A stretch of 64,000 bases of DNA. Source: a virus. Where the stretch lies: positions 1 to 64,000 of IMG/VR virus record IMGVR_UViG_3300026521_000148; one strand, written 5' to 3'. This document shows, in pieces, positions 30,368 through 39,597 of this stretch. The position numbers and the translations under genes were made by a program. Every line of letters begins with the position of its first letter. Within the stretch, counting starts at the first letter, position 1. The notes under the pieces were generated by a model. That model was not told the DNA's origin. It saw only the letters and a program-made list of their open reading frames with translations, and made no database searches.

Positions 30368-31370
30368 TCTATCTAAGATACATTTTCATTCATATGGCAT
30401 AGTGGCTATGGATAATGTAGATAACGAGAAAGAGATAAAGGTATTTCCTGTAGAGAAGCTATATTTAGAGAATGGTGAAACTATAGTTAAGAATGGTAGT
30501 ATAACTCAAGATGAGGATTACAAACCAACTACGTATACTGTAAAAGAAAAGATACTTACTACTATACCAGAAGATATAGAACCTAGACACATCATAAAGG
30601 AAGAGGCCTTATCGTTAGTTAAGACCAAGTACCTATATAGTACGTGGTTAAATATAAATAACCCAAATAGATACACGCCACCTAATGTTTGTTTAGGAGA
30701 GAAGGTTATTATTTATAAATATGGTAATAGTGATAGATATTTCTGGGATACATTAGGTTTTGAATTAAACTTAAGAAAAGAGGATCATGTTGTAGATGTT
30801 TACAGTGATAAACCAGAAATAAATGAAGATGATGTCGCCAATAATGTAGAGGAAGATTTAGAAGATACATATTACATTATGAAATCTCCTAAAAATAAAA
30901 TAGTTAAATTACATACTACTGATAAGTATGGAGAACTAACAACCTATGATATAACGTTAAATACTAAAGATGGCACATTAGAGGTATTAGATGGTAAAGG
31001 TAATTATATACTATTAGATAGTGATAAAGATACCTACACCACTAATATAAATAAAGACCTCATAGATACGGTTGGTAACGATAGGATCTCAGATATAAAA
31101 AATGATGAAAATATAACTATAGGTAACGAAAGAAAAACGGACATAGCTAAAAATGATACTGAAACAATAGGTGATACAAAAACTATATCTCTTAAGAAAA
31201 TAGCTATAAAGAATGATACGACTGAACTTATATCGTTGTTATCCGAATATATAGCTACACATATAACAGAACAACATATAGGCAATTTAGGAATACCTAC
31301 TGTACTGACAGGTGATTTCATAAGTAAGTACCAAGATATAAAATCTAGGTTAGATACATTAAAGGTTTAA
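30333..31370 (+). CDS. Baseplate central spike / gpV-like protein
   Basis: N-terminal SYGIVA...W....NR.TPPNV..GE.V..Y region, 8-residue beta-helix repeats (VGNDR, IKNDE, IGNER, IAKND), C-terminal HIGNLG.PT. Confidence 0.6.
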   Translation: MKHMEKQLRNLDLSKIHFHSYGIVAMDNVDNEKEIKVFPVEKLYLENGETIVKNGSITQDEDYKPTTYTVKEKILTTIPEDIEPRHIIKEEALSLVKTKYLYSTWLNINNPNRYTPPNVCLGEKVIIYKYGNSDRYFWDTLGFELNLRKEDHVVDVYSDKPEINEDDVANNVEEDLEDTYYIMKSPKNKIVKLHTTDKYGELTTYDITLNTKDGTLEVLDGKGNYILLDSDKDTYTTNINKDLIDTVGNDRISDIKNDENITIGNERKTDIAKNDTETIGDTKTISLKKIAIKNDTTELISLLSEYIATHITEQHIGNLGIPTVLTGDFISKYQDIKSRLDTLKV

Positions 31371-31372
31371 AA

Positions 31373-31864
31373 ATGGACGCAAATAACCCAGCTACATTAA
31401 TAGCTAGTGAATACAAACATATATGCGAAATAGGAGAAGCCGACAGTACAACTCTTTTAACCTTAATGGCTGTAGCTCTAGATACTGAGTTTCAGAAAGG
31501 TTTAGTGTCTATGAAAAATGTCGATATAACCCCACCTACCGATAGTTTAAAATTTACAGCACAAAGTAATCCTTCTGATAATGCTCGACATATAGCGGAA
31601 CAAGTTACATCATATTGGTTACAAACAATAACACCTACAGGTATACCACAATCGTGTGATAGTATAACTGGCGTTAGTAATGATGCTAGTAAAATAAAAG
31701 ACCCTATAGAAAGTAATCTATTAAGTATCTATAACGGTAGTATCTTAACGCCAAGTTTTTATCATTTCTGTGACGCTATTATAAAAGAAGTAAAAAAAAT
31801 AACATGGGTAGTAAACGAAGCTAGTAGTAAATGTGCTACAACATTCACTGTAACGATATCATGA
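31373..31864 (+). CDS. Hypothetical protein (likely baseplate/spike associated)
   Basis: 163-aa ORF directly after the spike gene. Confidence 0.6.
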   Translation: MDANNPATLIASEYKHICEIGEADSTTLLTLMAVALDTEFQKGLVSMKNVDITPPTDSLKFTAQSNPSDNARHIAEQVTSYWLQTITPTGIPQSCDSITGVSNDASKIKDPIESNLLSIYNGSILTPSFYHFCDAIIKEVKKITWVVNEASSKCATTFTVTIS

Positions 31865-31885
31865 AGAGTAAATACTCTTCATGAT
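31858..31885. terminator. Bidirectional terminator
   Basis: ATCATGAAGAGT-N4-ACTCTTCATGAT between convergent genes. Confidence 0.7.
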
Positions 31886-31887
31886 AG

Positions 31888-32556
31888 CTACCCTTTTACA
31901 CTCACCATATAGTCTTTAAGATATTCTGTTAACTCTAGCTGGAACCGCTCGTATTCATCTTTATACAATTCTTTGTATTTACTATCATTCTCCCATAGAT
32001 AACCATTTACACCAAACTTATCTCTTAAGTGATTAACAACATCATCTACTGTCCTGTTCTTAGCTTTATTATATTCTAAAGTTCTATTAAGAACATCTTC
32101 GAATATAGGCTTACCTTTATCAGCAGCTCTTATTAGCGTTATGTAGTCCACGTCTATAGGGAATGTATCATAATCTATCTTAATACTGGCTCTATGGTAT
32201 AGGACCATATTAGCTATAGTTGTTATCTCGCTACAATCAAGATCCCATGTGTGCTCAACCACGGGACACTCATTATCAACAGCAACCATCGTTTCTATAA
32301 CATAACGATACGCCTTAATGTTATGTATATCTCTATATTCATCATTAGAGAATATATCATGTAGATATACACCTAAAAACGATACTTTGCGATTTAGTTC
32401 ATAATTAAATTTGTTAGCTAACCTACAAAACTCAGACCACACGTTATCAACATGATCTATTTGGTGTGCTTTATCATTTTTTATATAGAACTCGTTTATT
32501 AGGTATTCTCTAACGACATTCTCTTCTTTTGTTAATTTAACATCTAAATTAGCCAT
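31888..32556 (-). CDS. HD-domain phosphohydrolase
   Basis: H..DH..NV, YLHDI, YHRAS, AADKG motifs; early promoter upstream. Confidence 0.8.
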   Translation of the reverse strand: MANLDVKLTKEENVVREYLINEFYIKNDKAHQIDHVDNVWSEFCRLANKFNYELNRKVSFLGVYLHDIFSNDEYRDIHNIKAYRYVIETMVAVDNECPVVEHTWDLDCSEITTIANMVLYHRASIKIDYDTFPIDVDYITLIRAADKGKPIFEDVLNRTLEYNKAKNRTVDDVVNHLRDKFGVNGYLWENDSKYKELYKDEYERFQLELTEYLKDYMVSVKG

Positions 32557-32582
32557 ACTTCTTTCCTTTTATATAATAATAT

Positions 32583-32617
32583 TAGTACACTGTACTATAT
32601 AAATAATATATAAGTTA
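32583..32617 (-). promoter_or_regulatory. Early-promoter-like motif with hairpin
   Basis: Minus ACTTATATATTATTTATATAG followed by TAGTAC-AGT-GTACTA. Confidence 0.65.
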
Positions 32618-32657
32618 AAATATATAGATATACAGTAGGATTTAATCCTACTGTATA

Positions 32658-33638
32658 TTATTTAAATACGTTTAAAAGTATATTGTAGCCTTCTTTAAAA
32701 GAACTAGCTACACTATCTGTTATAGATTTATCCTCATCTTCCATCTCTATCATTTTGATAGTAGCTACTAACATATCTACTAACTGGTAATATAAATAAA
32801 AAAGGAACGCTACTGCCGTTAACATCTTAGCCATATTACCGATATACATACTTATCTTTTTTATATCATCTTTACTTATAGAGGCTTTCTTACTTTTTAT
32901 AATGTCATAAAGAAGATCTAATTTACTATTTATCTCTTCATTAAGTTCATAGATTCTTTCTAAGTTTTCCATTCTATAAACGTTACCTAATTTTAAAGTT
33001 AAGTTTATAGTTTCATTAAGTTCTCTAAAATTTTTAGTTAGTCTCTTTAACTCCACTCTATCCTTAAGTAACTTATCATGTGTTACTGTGTCTAAAGATT
33101 TGTTAATGTTTTTAACATTTGAAGCTAAAGCGGATACTTCATCTTTATCTACATTAACATTTAATTCATCTTTTTTACTATCTAATAAACTATCTAAGAA
33201 ATTTATAAACCTATTCATAGAGTCTTCTAACCCGTTGACATAACTACTATTAGCAGCTAATAGTTCCATCAACTCTTTATACGTTAACTTAAGTCCTAAT
33301 ATAACAGGAGCTTTCCTATTCTCCACGCTATGGAACTTTATTCTGTCGCTAACTTTTATAAATGTAGGTCTAGCTTTATGTAAGTTAGTAATAGAAGGTG
33401 TCTTAGTTTTATACTCCATAAGGTCTTCTATAAAGATATTTGTATTTTGAAAGAATCCCATAACACCTTTAATGCTATTTTCAAAAGCTTTATCTATTTT
33501 ATAAAGAGTTTTGTCTAGTAGTTCAAAACCTTCATTCCCGACATCTATATCTTCATTACCAACAAGATCTTTTATAAGCCCAGTTGAAACTTCATCAACT
33601 TTTTTACTATACATATTGTATACATTACTAGTAAACAT
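32658..33638 (-). CDS. Probable internal head protein with N-terminal protease-cleavage motifs
   Basis: 326 aa, helical; VGNE repeated twice near the N-terminus, matching S/A/G-X-E sites of gp175-type proteases. Confidence 0.5.
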   Translation of the reverse strand: MFTSNVYNMYSKKVDEVSTGLIKDLVGNEDIDVGNEGFELLDKTLYKIDKAFENSIKGVMGFFQNTNIFIEDLMEYKTKTPSITNLHKARPTFIKVSDRIKFHSVENRKAPVILGLKLTYKELMELLAANSSYVNGLEDSMNRFINFLDSLLDSKKDELNVNVDKDEVSALASNVKNINKSLDTVTHDKLLKDRVELKRLTKNFRELNETINLTLKLGNVYRMENLERIYELNEEINSKLDLLYDIIKSKKASISKDDIKKISMYIGNMAKMLTAVAFLFYLYYQLVDMLVATIKMIEMEDEDKSITDSVASSFKEGYNILLNVFK

Positions 33639-33726
33639 CGTTATCCTTTGCTATAATTTCAACAGATGTATTACTATATAGTTAATTTACACATATAAAC
33701 AATTAACTGAATTTTAGGAGTAAGAT

Positions 33727-36138
33727 ATGAAATTAATAAGTTTAGAATTAAAAAATTATACAAGACTTTATGTATCAGGTATAAAACATATTATATACAC
33801 ACCAGAAACATCGTTTAATATTATACTTGGTAGAAATGGTTCCGGTAAATCATCTCTAGTTAAGGAGATGTTCCCGAATGTAGATGAACTTAAAAATGAC
33901 TACGGTAAAGGCGGTTATAAGATACTTAGACTTGAACATAATAGTAATAAGTATGTTATAAGTTATAATAGAGATAATAACAAACATAGTTTTATAGTTA
34001 ACGATGAAGAACTTAATAAACAGTATATACAGAAGACACAGAAGATATTGATAGAACAACATTTTAAACTTAATAAACATATATACGAGATGTTATTGTC
34101 TACTAATAACTTTACATCTATGTCTGTATCAGAAAGAAAGAGATGGTTCACAGATATATTAACAACCGTAGATTATGATTACGCACTTAACCTGTATAAT
34201 AAAACTAAAGTTAGACTTAAAGAATTAACTTCATTTATGAAATTAGTGCAAGCTAAACTCATGAAGAATTCAGACCTTATGAAGGAATTAACTCCTGAAT
34301 ATATAAAAGGTCTAGAAACAGAGAAAGAGATGTTGTATAAACTAGTCGACCATATGTTATCTATGAAAAGTAATGAACAACAGATGCAACCAGTTAATAT
34401 CAATCTTTTAGAACAGAAAGTGAATGAATTAGAACATTATATGTCTAAAATAGAACAAGGTAAGAATAAAGAGTTTTATAATAGAGAAATCTTTTCACTA
34501 TTAAAACAACGTGATGATATACGTGAAAGAAGTAAAAAAATACAACAACAACTATCTAAAATAGATGAACTTAAAATAGATAAAGGTGTTTCTTTAAAAG
34601 ATTTAGAAGAAGAGAAAAATAGTCTATTATCTAAAATAAAAGAGTTACTTGTTAGATACGATGTTAATGATATAGATGAACTAATATTAGAGACGTCTTC
34701 ATATAGAAATTCGTATAACTCATTGTTAATGAAAGCTGAGAGTATACAGCCATTAGTTAGTTATCATAGTACAGATGTAAGTAAGTTAAGAGATTTATTA
34801 AAACATAAAGAAGGTAAGTTATCATTACTATCTGAACAGTTTATAAAACTAGATAAAGAATTTATGTTACTAAGTTCTTTTAAAGAGCAGCCCGATGTAA
34901 CATGTCCATCTTGTTCTAACATATTTAAACCTAACTTTGATAATGGTAAATATATTAAACTTAAGGAAGAGATAAGTAAGATATATAAAGAAAAAGAAAA
35001 GATAACAGAAGAATATGAAACTATCAAGTTTCAGTTAGAACAGACTCTTGATCTAAATAATACGTTAGATAGTCTAACAGATGAGCTAGATAGTTGTTGT
35101 AAACATATGAAAAAACGTTTAGAACCTCTTATAACAGAACATATCGTATCTATATTTAGTTCTACTTTAGCTGTACTACCAGATTATAACGAACTGCTAT
35201 CTTTAAGAGATAAGTTAGCAGAATTAGATAGTAAAATAAACGTTTATAAAAAACTATCTTCTGAAAAGCTAGATTTCATAGCTAATAGAAAGAAAGAACT
35301 TATAGATGAGCATATATCCAATATACACAAGATAGAAAGTATAAATAATACTATAGATAGTTATAAGTTAAAGTTAAAACAACTGGACACAATAATATCA
35401 CTACAAACTGACATATCTTCATTAATCAGGAGACAACATAAATATAAACTTAACGTACGGGAGGTAGAGTTTAATAGATATATAAACAATGTTGTTTTAG
35501 AACTTAAGAGAGATATAACTGATATAGAAACTAAACTATTAGAATTTGATAGGCTTAAGTCTAATAGTGAAGAGTTAGAGTTAGAGTTAAAAGAATATGA
35601 GATTAAACTTAAAAGCGTTAAAGAGTTAGAGAAACTATTATCACCGACTAAGGGTTTAATAGGCGAATCTATAAATACAACTATGAACTCTATACTTAAC
35701 AGAATGAATGAGATCATTAATAAAGTATGGTCTTATGAAATAGATATATTACCATGTGATATAAATGAAAGTGATTTAACATTTAGATTCCCTGTTAATA
35801 TTAATAGCGCTAAAATCATACCCGATATAAGTAAAGGTAGTAGCTCTATAAAAGATATCATAGACTTAGCATTTAAAATAACAGCTATGGAATTCTTAGA
35901 GTTACTAGATTACCCTCTTATCCTAGATGAGTTAGGTAGTACATTTTCAGTTAGTCATAGAGTTAGTGTATATGATTTTGTAGACGAGTTAAGTAAAGGT
36001 TATTTTAATCAGGTATTTATGATAAGCCATTTTGACGATATGTTTGGTAGATTTAAAAATACAGATGTTATTGTATTAGACAATGATGGTATAAACTTTA
36101 CAGGTACGCATAATAAAATCATAGAGATAAAAAGATAA
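33727..36138 (+). CDS. sbcC: SbcC/Rad50-like SMC ATPase
   Basis: Walker A GRNGSGKSS, long coiled coil with CPSC zinc hook, signature-like SKGSSS, Walker B LILDE, ISH. Confidence 0.9.
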   Translation: MKLISLELKNYTRLYVSGIKHIIYTPETSFNIILGRNGSGKSSLVKEMFPNVDELKNDYGKGGYKILRLEHNSNKYVISYNRDNNKHSFIVNDEELNKQYIQKTQKILIEQHFKLNKHIYEMLLSTNNFTSMSVSERKRWFTDILTTVDYDYALNLYNKTKVRLKELTSFMKLVQAKLMKNSDLMKELTPEYIKGLETEKEMLYKLVDHMLSMKSNEQQMQPVNINLLEQKVNELEHYMSKIEQGKNKEFYNREIFSLLKQRDDIRERSKKIQQQLSKIDELKIDKGVSLKDLEEEKNSLLSKIKELLVRYDVNDIDELILETSSYRNSYNSLLMKAESIQPLVSYHSTDVSKLRDLLKHKEGKLSLLSEQFIKLDKEFMLLSSFKEQPDVTCPSCSNIFKPNFDNGKYIKLKEEISKIYKEKEKITEEYETIKFQLEQTLDLNNTLDSLTDELDSCCKHMKKRLEPLITEHIVSIFSSTLAVLPDYNELLSLRDKLAELDSKINVYKKLSSEKLDFIANRKKELIDEHISNIHKIESINNTIDSYKLKLKQLDTIISLQTDISSLIRRQHKYKLNVREVEFNRYINNVVLELKRDITDIETKLLEFDRLKSNSEELELELKEYEIKLKSVKELEKLLSPTKGLIGESINTTMNSILNRMNEIINKVWSYEIDILPCDINESDLTFRFPVNINSAKIIPDISKGSSSIKDIIDLAFKITAMEFLELLDYPLILDELGSTFSVSHRVSVYDFVDELSKGYFNQVFMISHFDDMFGRFKNTDVIVLDNDGINFTGTHNKIIEIKR

Positions 36139-36153
36139 GATATACTAGCTACG

Positions 36154-36615
36154 CTAGTATATCTTACATATTTCATATGGTAAATTATTAAGAACGACTA
36201 TTTTGTTATTGTTTCTATACATTATATAATTGTTTAGTTCATCTGTTACAACGATATTTACGTATTCAGGATCTTCTCTACTGTTAACATTATATTCTAT
36301 ACATAGTTTATTATCATCTACATGATGCCATCTGATTACAGGCTTATAAAGAATTATGACATTATCAAATTTATCTATAACTAATCCAGATTGTGAAACT
36401 ATCTGCTCTTCTTCGAAATATTTTACCTCTCCTTTATACAATGTTTCTAATAATAAATCTGGTCGTTTTTCATATGTTGTTACCTTATATAATCTTTCTA
36501 AGGTATCATCATGTATATCTAATTCATCTTTAGATTTTATAATACCTAACCTACCATTAGATATAACCAATAATATGTTATATTCATCTTCTTTTAATAA
36601 CGCTACCTTATACAT
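36154..36615 (-). CDS. Hypothetical protein
   Basis: 153-aa ORF with AAGGAG RBS. Confidence 0.65.
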   Translation of the reverse strand: MYKVALLKEDEYNILLVISNGRLGIIKSKDELDIHDDTLERLYKVTTYEKRPDLLLETLYKGEVKYFEEEQIVSQSGLVIDKFDNVIILYKPVIRWHHVDDNKLCIEYNVNSREDPEYVNIVVTDELNNYIMYRNNNKIVVLNNLPYEICKIY

Positions 36616-36727
36616 ATTAACTCCTTTTATTCAAAAGAAAAAAGCGTATAGTAATTTATATATGCTTTTGATACACAAATGCATAGTATAGCGCGATATC
36701 GCGCTATACTACATTCTACACTATAAT

Positions 36728-37045
36728 TTAATATCGGCGTATCAGTCTTTTAAAGATTCTGTATTTCACCCATATCCTATGTTCCAATAATTCTTCTAGG
36801 CTATCGTATTTATAACTTGGCTCACCTATAGATGTTCCTAAGTTCTCAATTTTTAAACATCTATTACGTGTGTAAAAATATACATTCTTATCCAGTTTTG
36901 CTATGTACAGTTTATAGAAATAATATTTTCTACACATCTCACATCCGCCATTGATGCCTATCATATATAGCCTGTCATCATTCTGTTTTGGTGTGAATAC
37001 TACTAATAATAGAAACATAATGGTACCAATTATAAAATAATCCAT
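36728..37045 (-). CDS. Hypothetical membrane-anchored protein
   Basis: N-terminal hydrophobic helix; GGAG RBS. Confidence 0.6.
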   Translation of the reverse strand: MDYFIIGTIMFLLLVVFTPKQNDDRLYMIGINGGCEMCRKYYFYKLYIAKLDKNVYFYTRNRCLKIENLGTSIGEPSYKYDSLEELLEHRIWVKYRIFKRLIRRY

Positions 37046-37057
37046 GTTTACTCCATT

Positions 37058-37219
37058 CTATTTATCGATATCATAATACCCATACGTAACTATGGTTAAA
37101 AATAACTGAGTCTCTGTGTATTCAGGGTGCGTTACTCTTAAGTATATATTACCTATCATAATGTAACCTACAAAAGCAATAGCTACCAGCGTTACTAATG
37201 CGTCTTTAATCTTTTCCAT
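37058..37219 (-). CDS. Small 53-aa membrane protein MEKIKDALVTLVAIAFVGYIMIG... (not in ORF track)
   Basis: AAGGAAG RBS, early motif with hairpin at 37243-37272, TM helix. Confidence 0.65.
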   Translation of the reverse strand: MEKIKDALVTLVAIAFVGYIMIGNIYLRVTHPEYTETQLFLTIVTYGYYDIDK

Positions 37220-37315
37220 GATTCTTCCTTATTTACTTTTATTAGTACACTGTACTATTTTAATAATATAAAAATAAAAAAGATTAGAATGTATGGTGGG
37301 ACATCCCACCATACA

Positions 37316-37528
37316 TCACATTTCTAATATTTGTTTATACACAGGACAATCTGGATCATCCTCTTCTACTTTACTAAGATAATTCATTAATGTTAATGAA
37401 CTTGTTTTAGGTAAGTTAAGGTTACCGCTTATCTTGTAAATATCTAGAGCAGGTAGATTGTTGTGTGGTGCGAACACCTCTGCTAACTCTACTAGTCTAT
37501 TACTAAGTAATAAGGCAAAGTTTAATTC
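37316..37528 (-). CDS. rpoC: Non-virion RNAP beta' N-terminal subunit (phiKZ gp55/56.1-like), exon 4 (ELNFALLL...)
   Basis: Begins after intron terminal G at 37529; completes DFDGD-ELN; spliced product 477 aa. Confidence 0.85.
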   Translation of the reverse strand, partial: ELNFALLLSNRLVELAEVFAPHNNLPALDIYKISGNLNLPKTSSLTLMNYLSKVEEDDPDCPVYKQILEM

Positions 37529-38156
37529 CGTCGCTTTCAGCAAGTGCGCTACTACTCACCAGTTCTCAGTATCTCTACATGAACTTCCCATCCATTACAG
37601 ATGGATACAAGACTATATCTTATTCCTTATATAACTACACGAGTTATATAGGATCACCCCATTTCGTCTTTAAGGGGACAATACCCCACCACTTGGCGCT
37701 ACTCTACTTTCTTTAACTACATATGTAGCCACAGGGTTACTACACTACCTGTGTGATTAACTAGATCTATCACTAGTCTAGTATAGATTTCGATAGTCGT
37801 TGAACTCACACACTCTAGTCATACTAGATCACTCTCGTGGTTTAAGGTGCTTCGCTGCGTCGATCGGAGTCTAATCAATAGGTTTTTACCATGCTAGTAT
37901 TTCTATTACCGACACTAGTTACATAGTCTGTTTCCAGCTATGGGTGGTACTATTAATATAACAACTCCTCCCCGCAATTAGAGGTGTATCAACTACCTTA
38001 CGGTAGAGCTAATCATTACTGATTAGGGAGACCAATTAAATTATTTTTATAGTATAACCATTCCGTTCCGAGTTTTTTTACCAATGTTTTTCTATCGATA
38101 TTAAGGAACTTTGCAGCTTTTCTTAAACTAATCTCGTAAATACGGACTATTTTTTA
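37529..38156 (-). mobile_element. Group I intron 3 of nvRNAP beta' (628 nt) with endonuclease remnant in the P1 loop
   Basis: P1 GGAGAU^UAA pairs with UUGGUCUCC (about 38027-38035); P/Q/R/S elements present; 3' 86 nt are 84/86 identical to the vRNAP beta intron. Confidence 0.88.
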
Positions 38157-38168
38157 ATCTCCATCAAA
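38157..38168 (-). CDS. rpoC: nvRNAP beta' exon 3: 12-nt micro-exon TTT GAT GGA GAT (FDGD)
   Basis: Preceded by intron-terminal G, ends in U, supplies the otherwise missing part of the catalytic NxDFDGD motif in phase 0. Confidence 0.85.
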
Positions 38169-39483
38169 CCCACTTCTCTCGAAGTGTGGACCATATCATG
38201 ATCACTTACATACCCATAGAGTAATGTAGGACCCTCTCCGTTTCGCCATATTAAAATACAGCTACTCTACTTTCTTTAATATCTTTATAAGATACCAACC
38301 AGTTATTACGTCATGGTTGTGATTAACTAAGTCTGTTACCAGCTTAGTATAGATTTCGATGGCCTCTGAACACATACCATACCTCTATGAAGGTTAGGCA
38401 CTTCGTTGCGTCGATTAAGATCTATTTAACAAGTTTTTACTATGCCCTTAGTTCCACTATTACGGCTAGGGTATCATAGTCTGTTTCCAGCTATGAGTAG
38501 TATTGCTAACATAACGATCTCTTCCCGCAGTTAGGAGAGTTTGCTTATATAGTTACCTATATAAGGGACTTCTTATCTTAGTATTTAAAATAACAATTTT
38601 ATTCCTAGAGTCGATATAGTATCTCTAACTAGGGTGTTGCCGGGTACATTATATAATTTACCTATATAAACGAGTGAATTGGTCGCCACCATTTCACCAT
38701 CTTTAATAAACCAATATTTACAAATATTAGTCAACTTTTTCTTTAACACTTCCTCTATATTGTCTATATCTAAATAATTCAACACAGCGAAAGCGTAACC
38801 ATTCTCTTTAGCATATCTCTTTTTTACTATGTCACTAGCCTGTCGTTTCTTAAAACCATGTTCACCACCCCAGATTTTTACTGGAGTATAATGTTGGCCA
38901 CTATGAAACTCTAATAACATATTTACTATAGGTATATAAAAATCATACCTATATTGTTTACCATTTATAGATACCCTGAACTCACGTTTATATTCTATAC
39001 CATACTTATCTAATATACTACTTATAGCTAATTCACCTGAGCTACCACCACACTTAGGACACCCATGGCCACGTAATAATAACTGTGGTGTTGTATCGAA
39101 CTCACCATGTATCGGACAACCTATGGTTATGTTAGTTCTATTGTTTTTATAGTTAACTTTACTATAATCAAGTTTATTACCAAACTTCTCCCTAGCTTTC
39201 TTTATGAACCTTTCTGTATTCATTTTACTGTTACCTGAACATTCGCTACACCCGAAGCCGTTTAAGTGGTCTCCTGGTCTTTGCTGGTAGTCACCATGTA
39301 TCTTACATGTTATGGTTATTTTTGTGCTTCTGTTTTTGTATACTGCGTTATCGTAAGTATAACGTCCGTTATGGACTTTAGTGGCTCTACCGATGAACTC
39401 CTCGGTAGTTAACTTTTTACCCATTCTATACCCCTGTTTGTTTGTTTTATGCGTTGTTTTTTATTTATCTACTAAGAAATTTT
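38169..39483 (-). mobile_element. Group I intron 2 of nvRNAP beta' (1315 nt) with endonuclease ORF in the P1 loop
   Basis: 5' exon GGAU pairs with GUCC located after the ORF; CUUAGUA/UACUAAG flank the ORF; P AACUGCGGGAAG, R UUCAGAGGCCA, S GAUAUGGUCC; minimal P9 CACUUC/GAAGUG then G. Confidence 0.88.
38585..39424 (-). CDS. Intron-encoded homing endonuclease candidate: C..HG/C..C zinc repeats plus Vsr/DUF559-like PD-(D/E)XK nuclease
   Basis: Two repeats ITITCKIHG...GCSEC and ITIGCPIHG...GCPKC; SSGE..I...E F...YDFY....EFHSGQH...D..K..YA..NG. Confidence 0.75.
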   Translation of the reverse strand: MGKKLTTEEFIGRATKVHNGRYTYDNAVYKNRSTKITITCKIHGDYQQRPGDHLNGFGCSECSGNSKMNTERFIKKAREKFGNKLDYSKVNYKNNRTNITIGCPIHGEFDTTPQLLLRGHGCPKCGGSSGELAISSILDKYGIEYKREFRVSINGKQYRYDFYIPIVNMLLEFHSGQHYTPVKIWGGEHGFKKRQASDIVKKRYAKENGYAFAVLNYLDIDNIEEVLKKKLTNICKYWFIKDGEMVATNSLVYIGKLYNVPGNTLVRDTISTLGIKLLF

Positions 39484-39597
39484 ATCCATATTATAAGCGC
39501 TAGCCACGAGAACGGATATAGAGACCGTTGTATCGTTAGCATCATGCTTAAATTTTGTTATATATAGTTTTTGTATGCTGCCTTGGAGCAACGAAGG
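39484..39597 (-). CDS. rpoC: nvRNAP beta' exon 2 (PSLLQGSIQKLYITKFKHDANDTTVSISVLVASAYNMD)
   Basis: 114 nt, flanked by G and U splice residues; gives NRN-PSL (cf. bacterial NRAPTLH) and YNMD. Confidence 0.88.
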
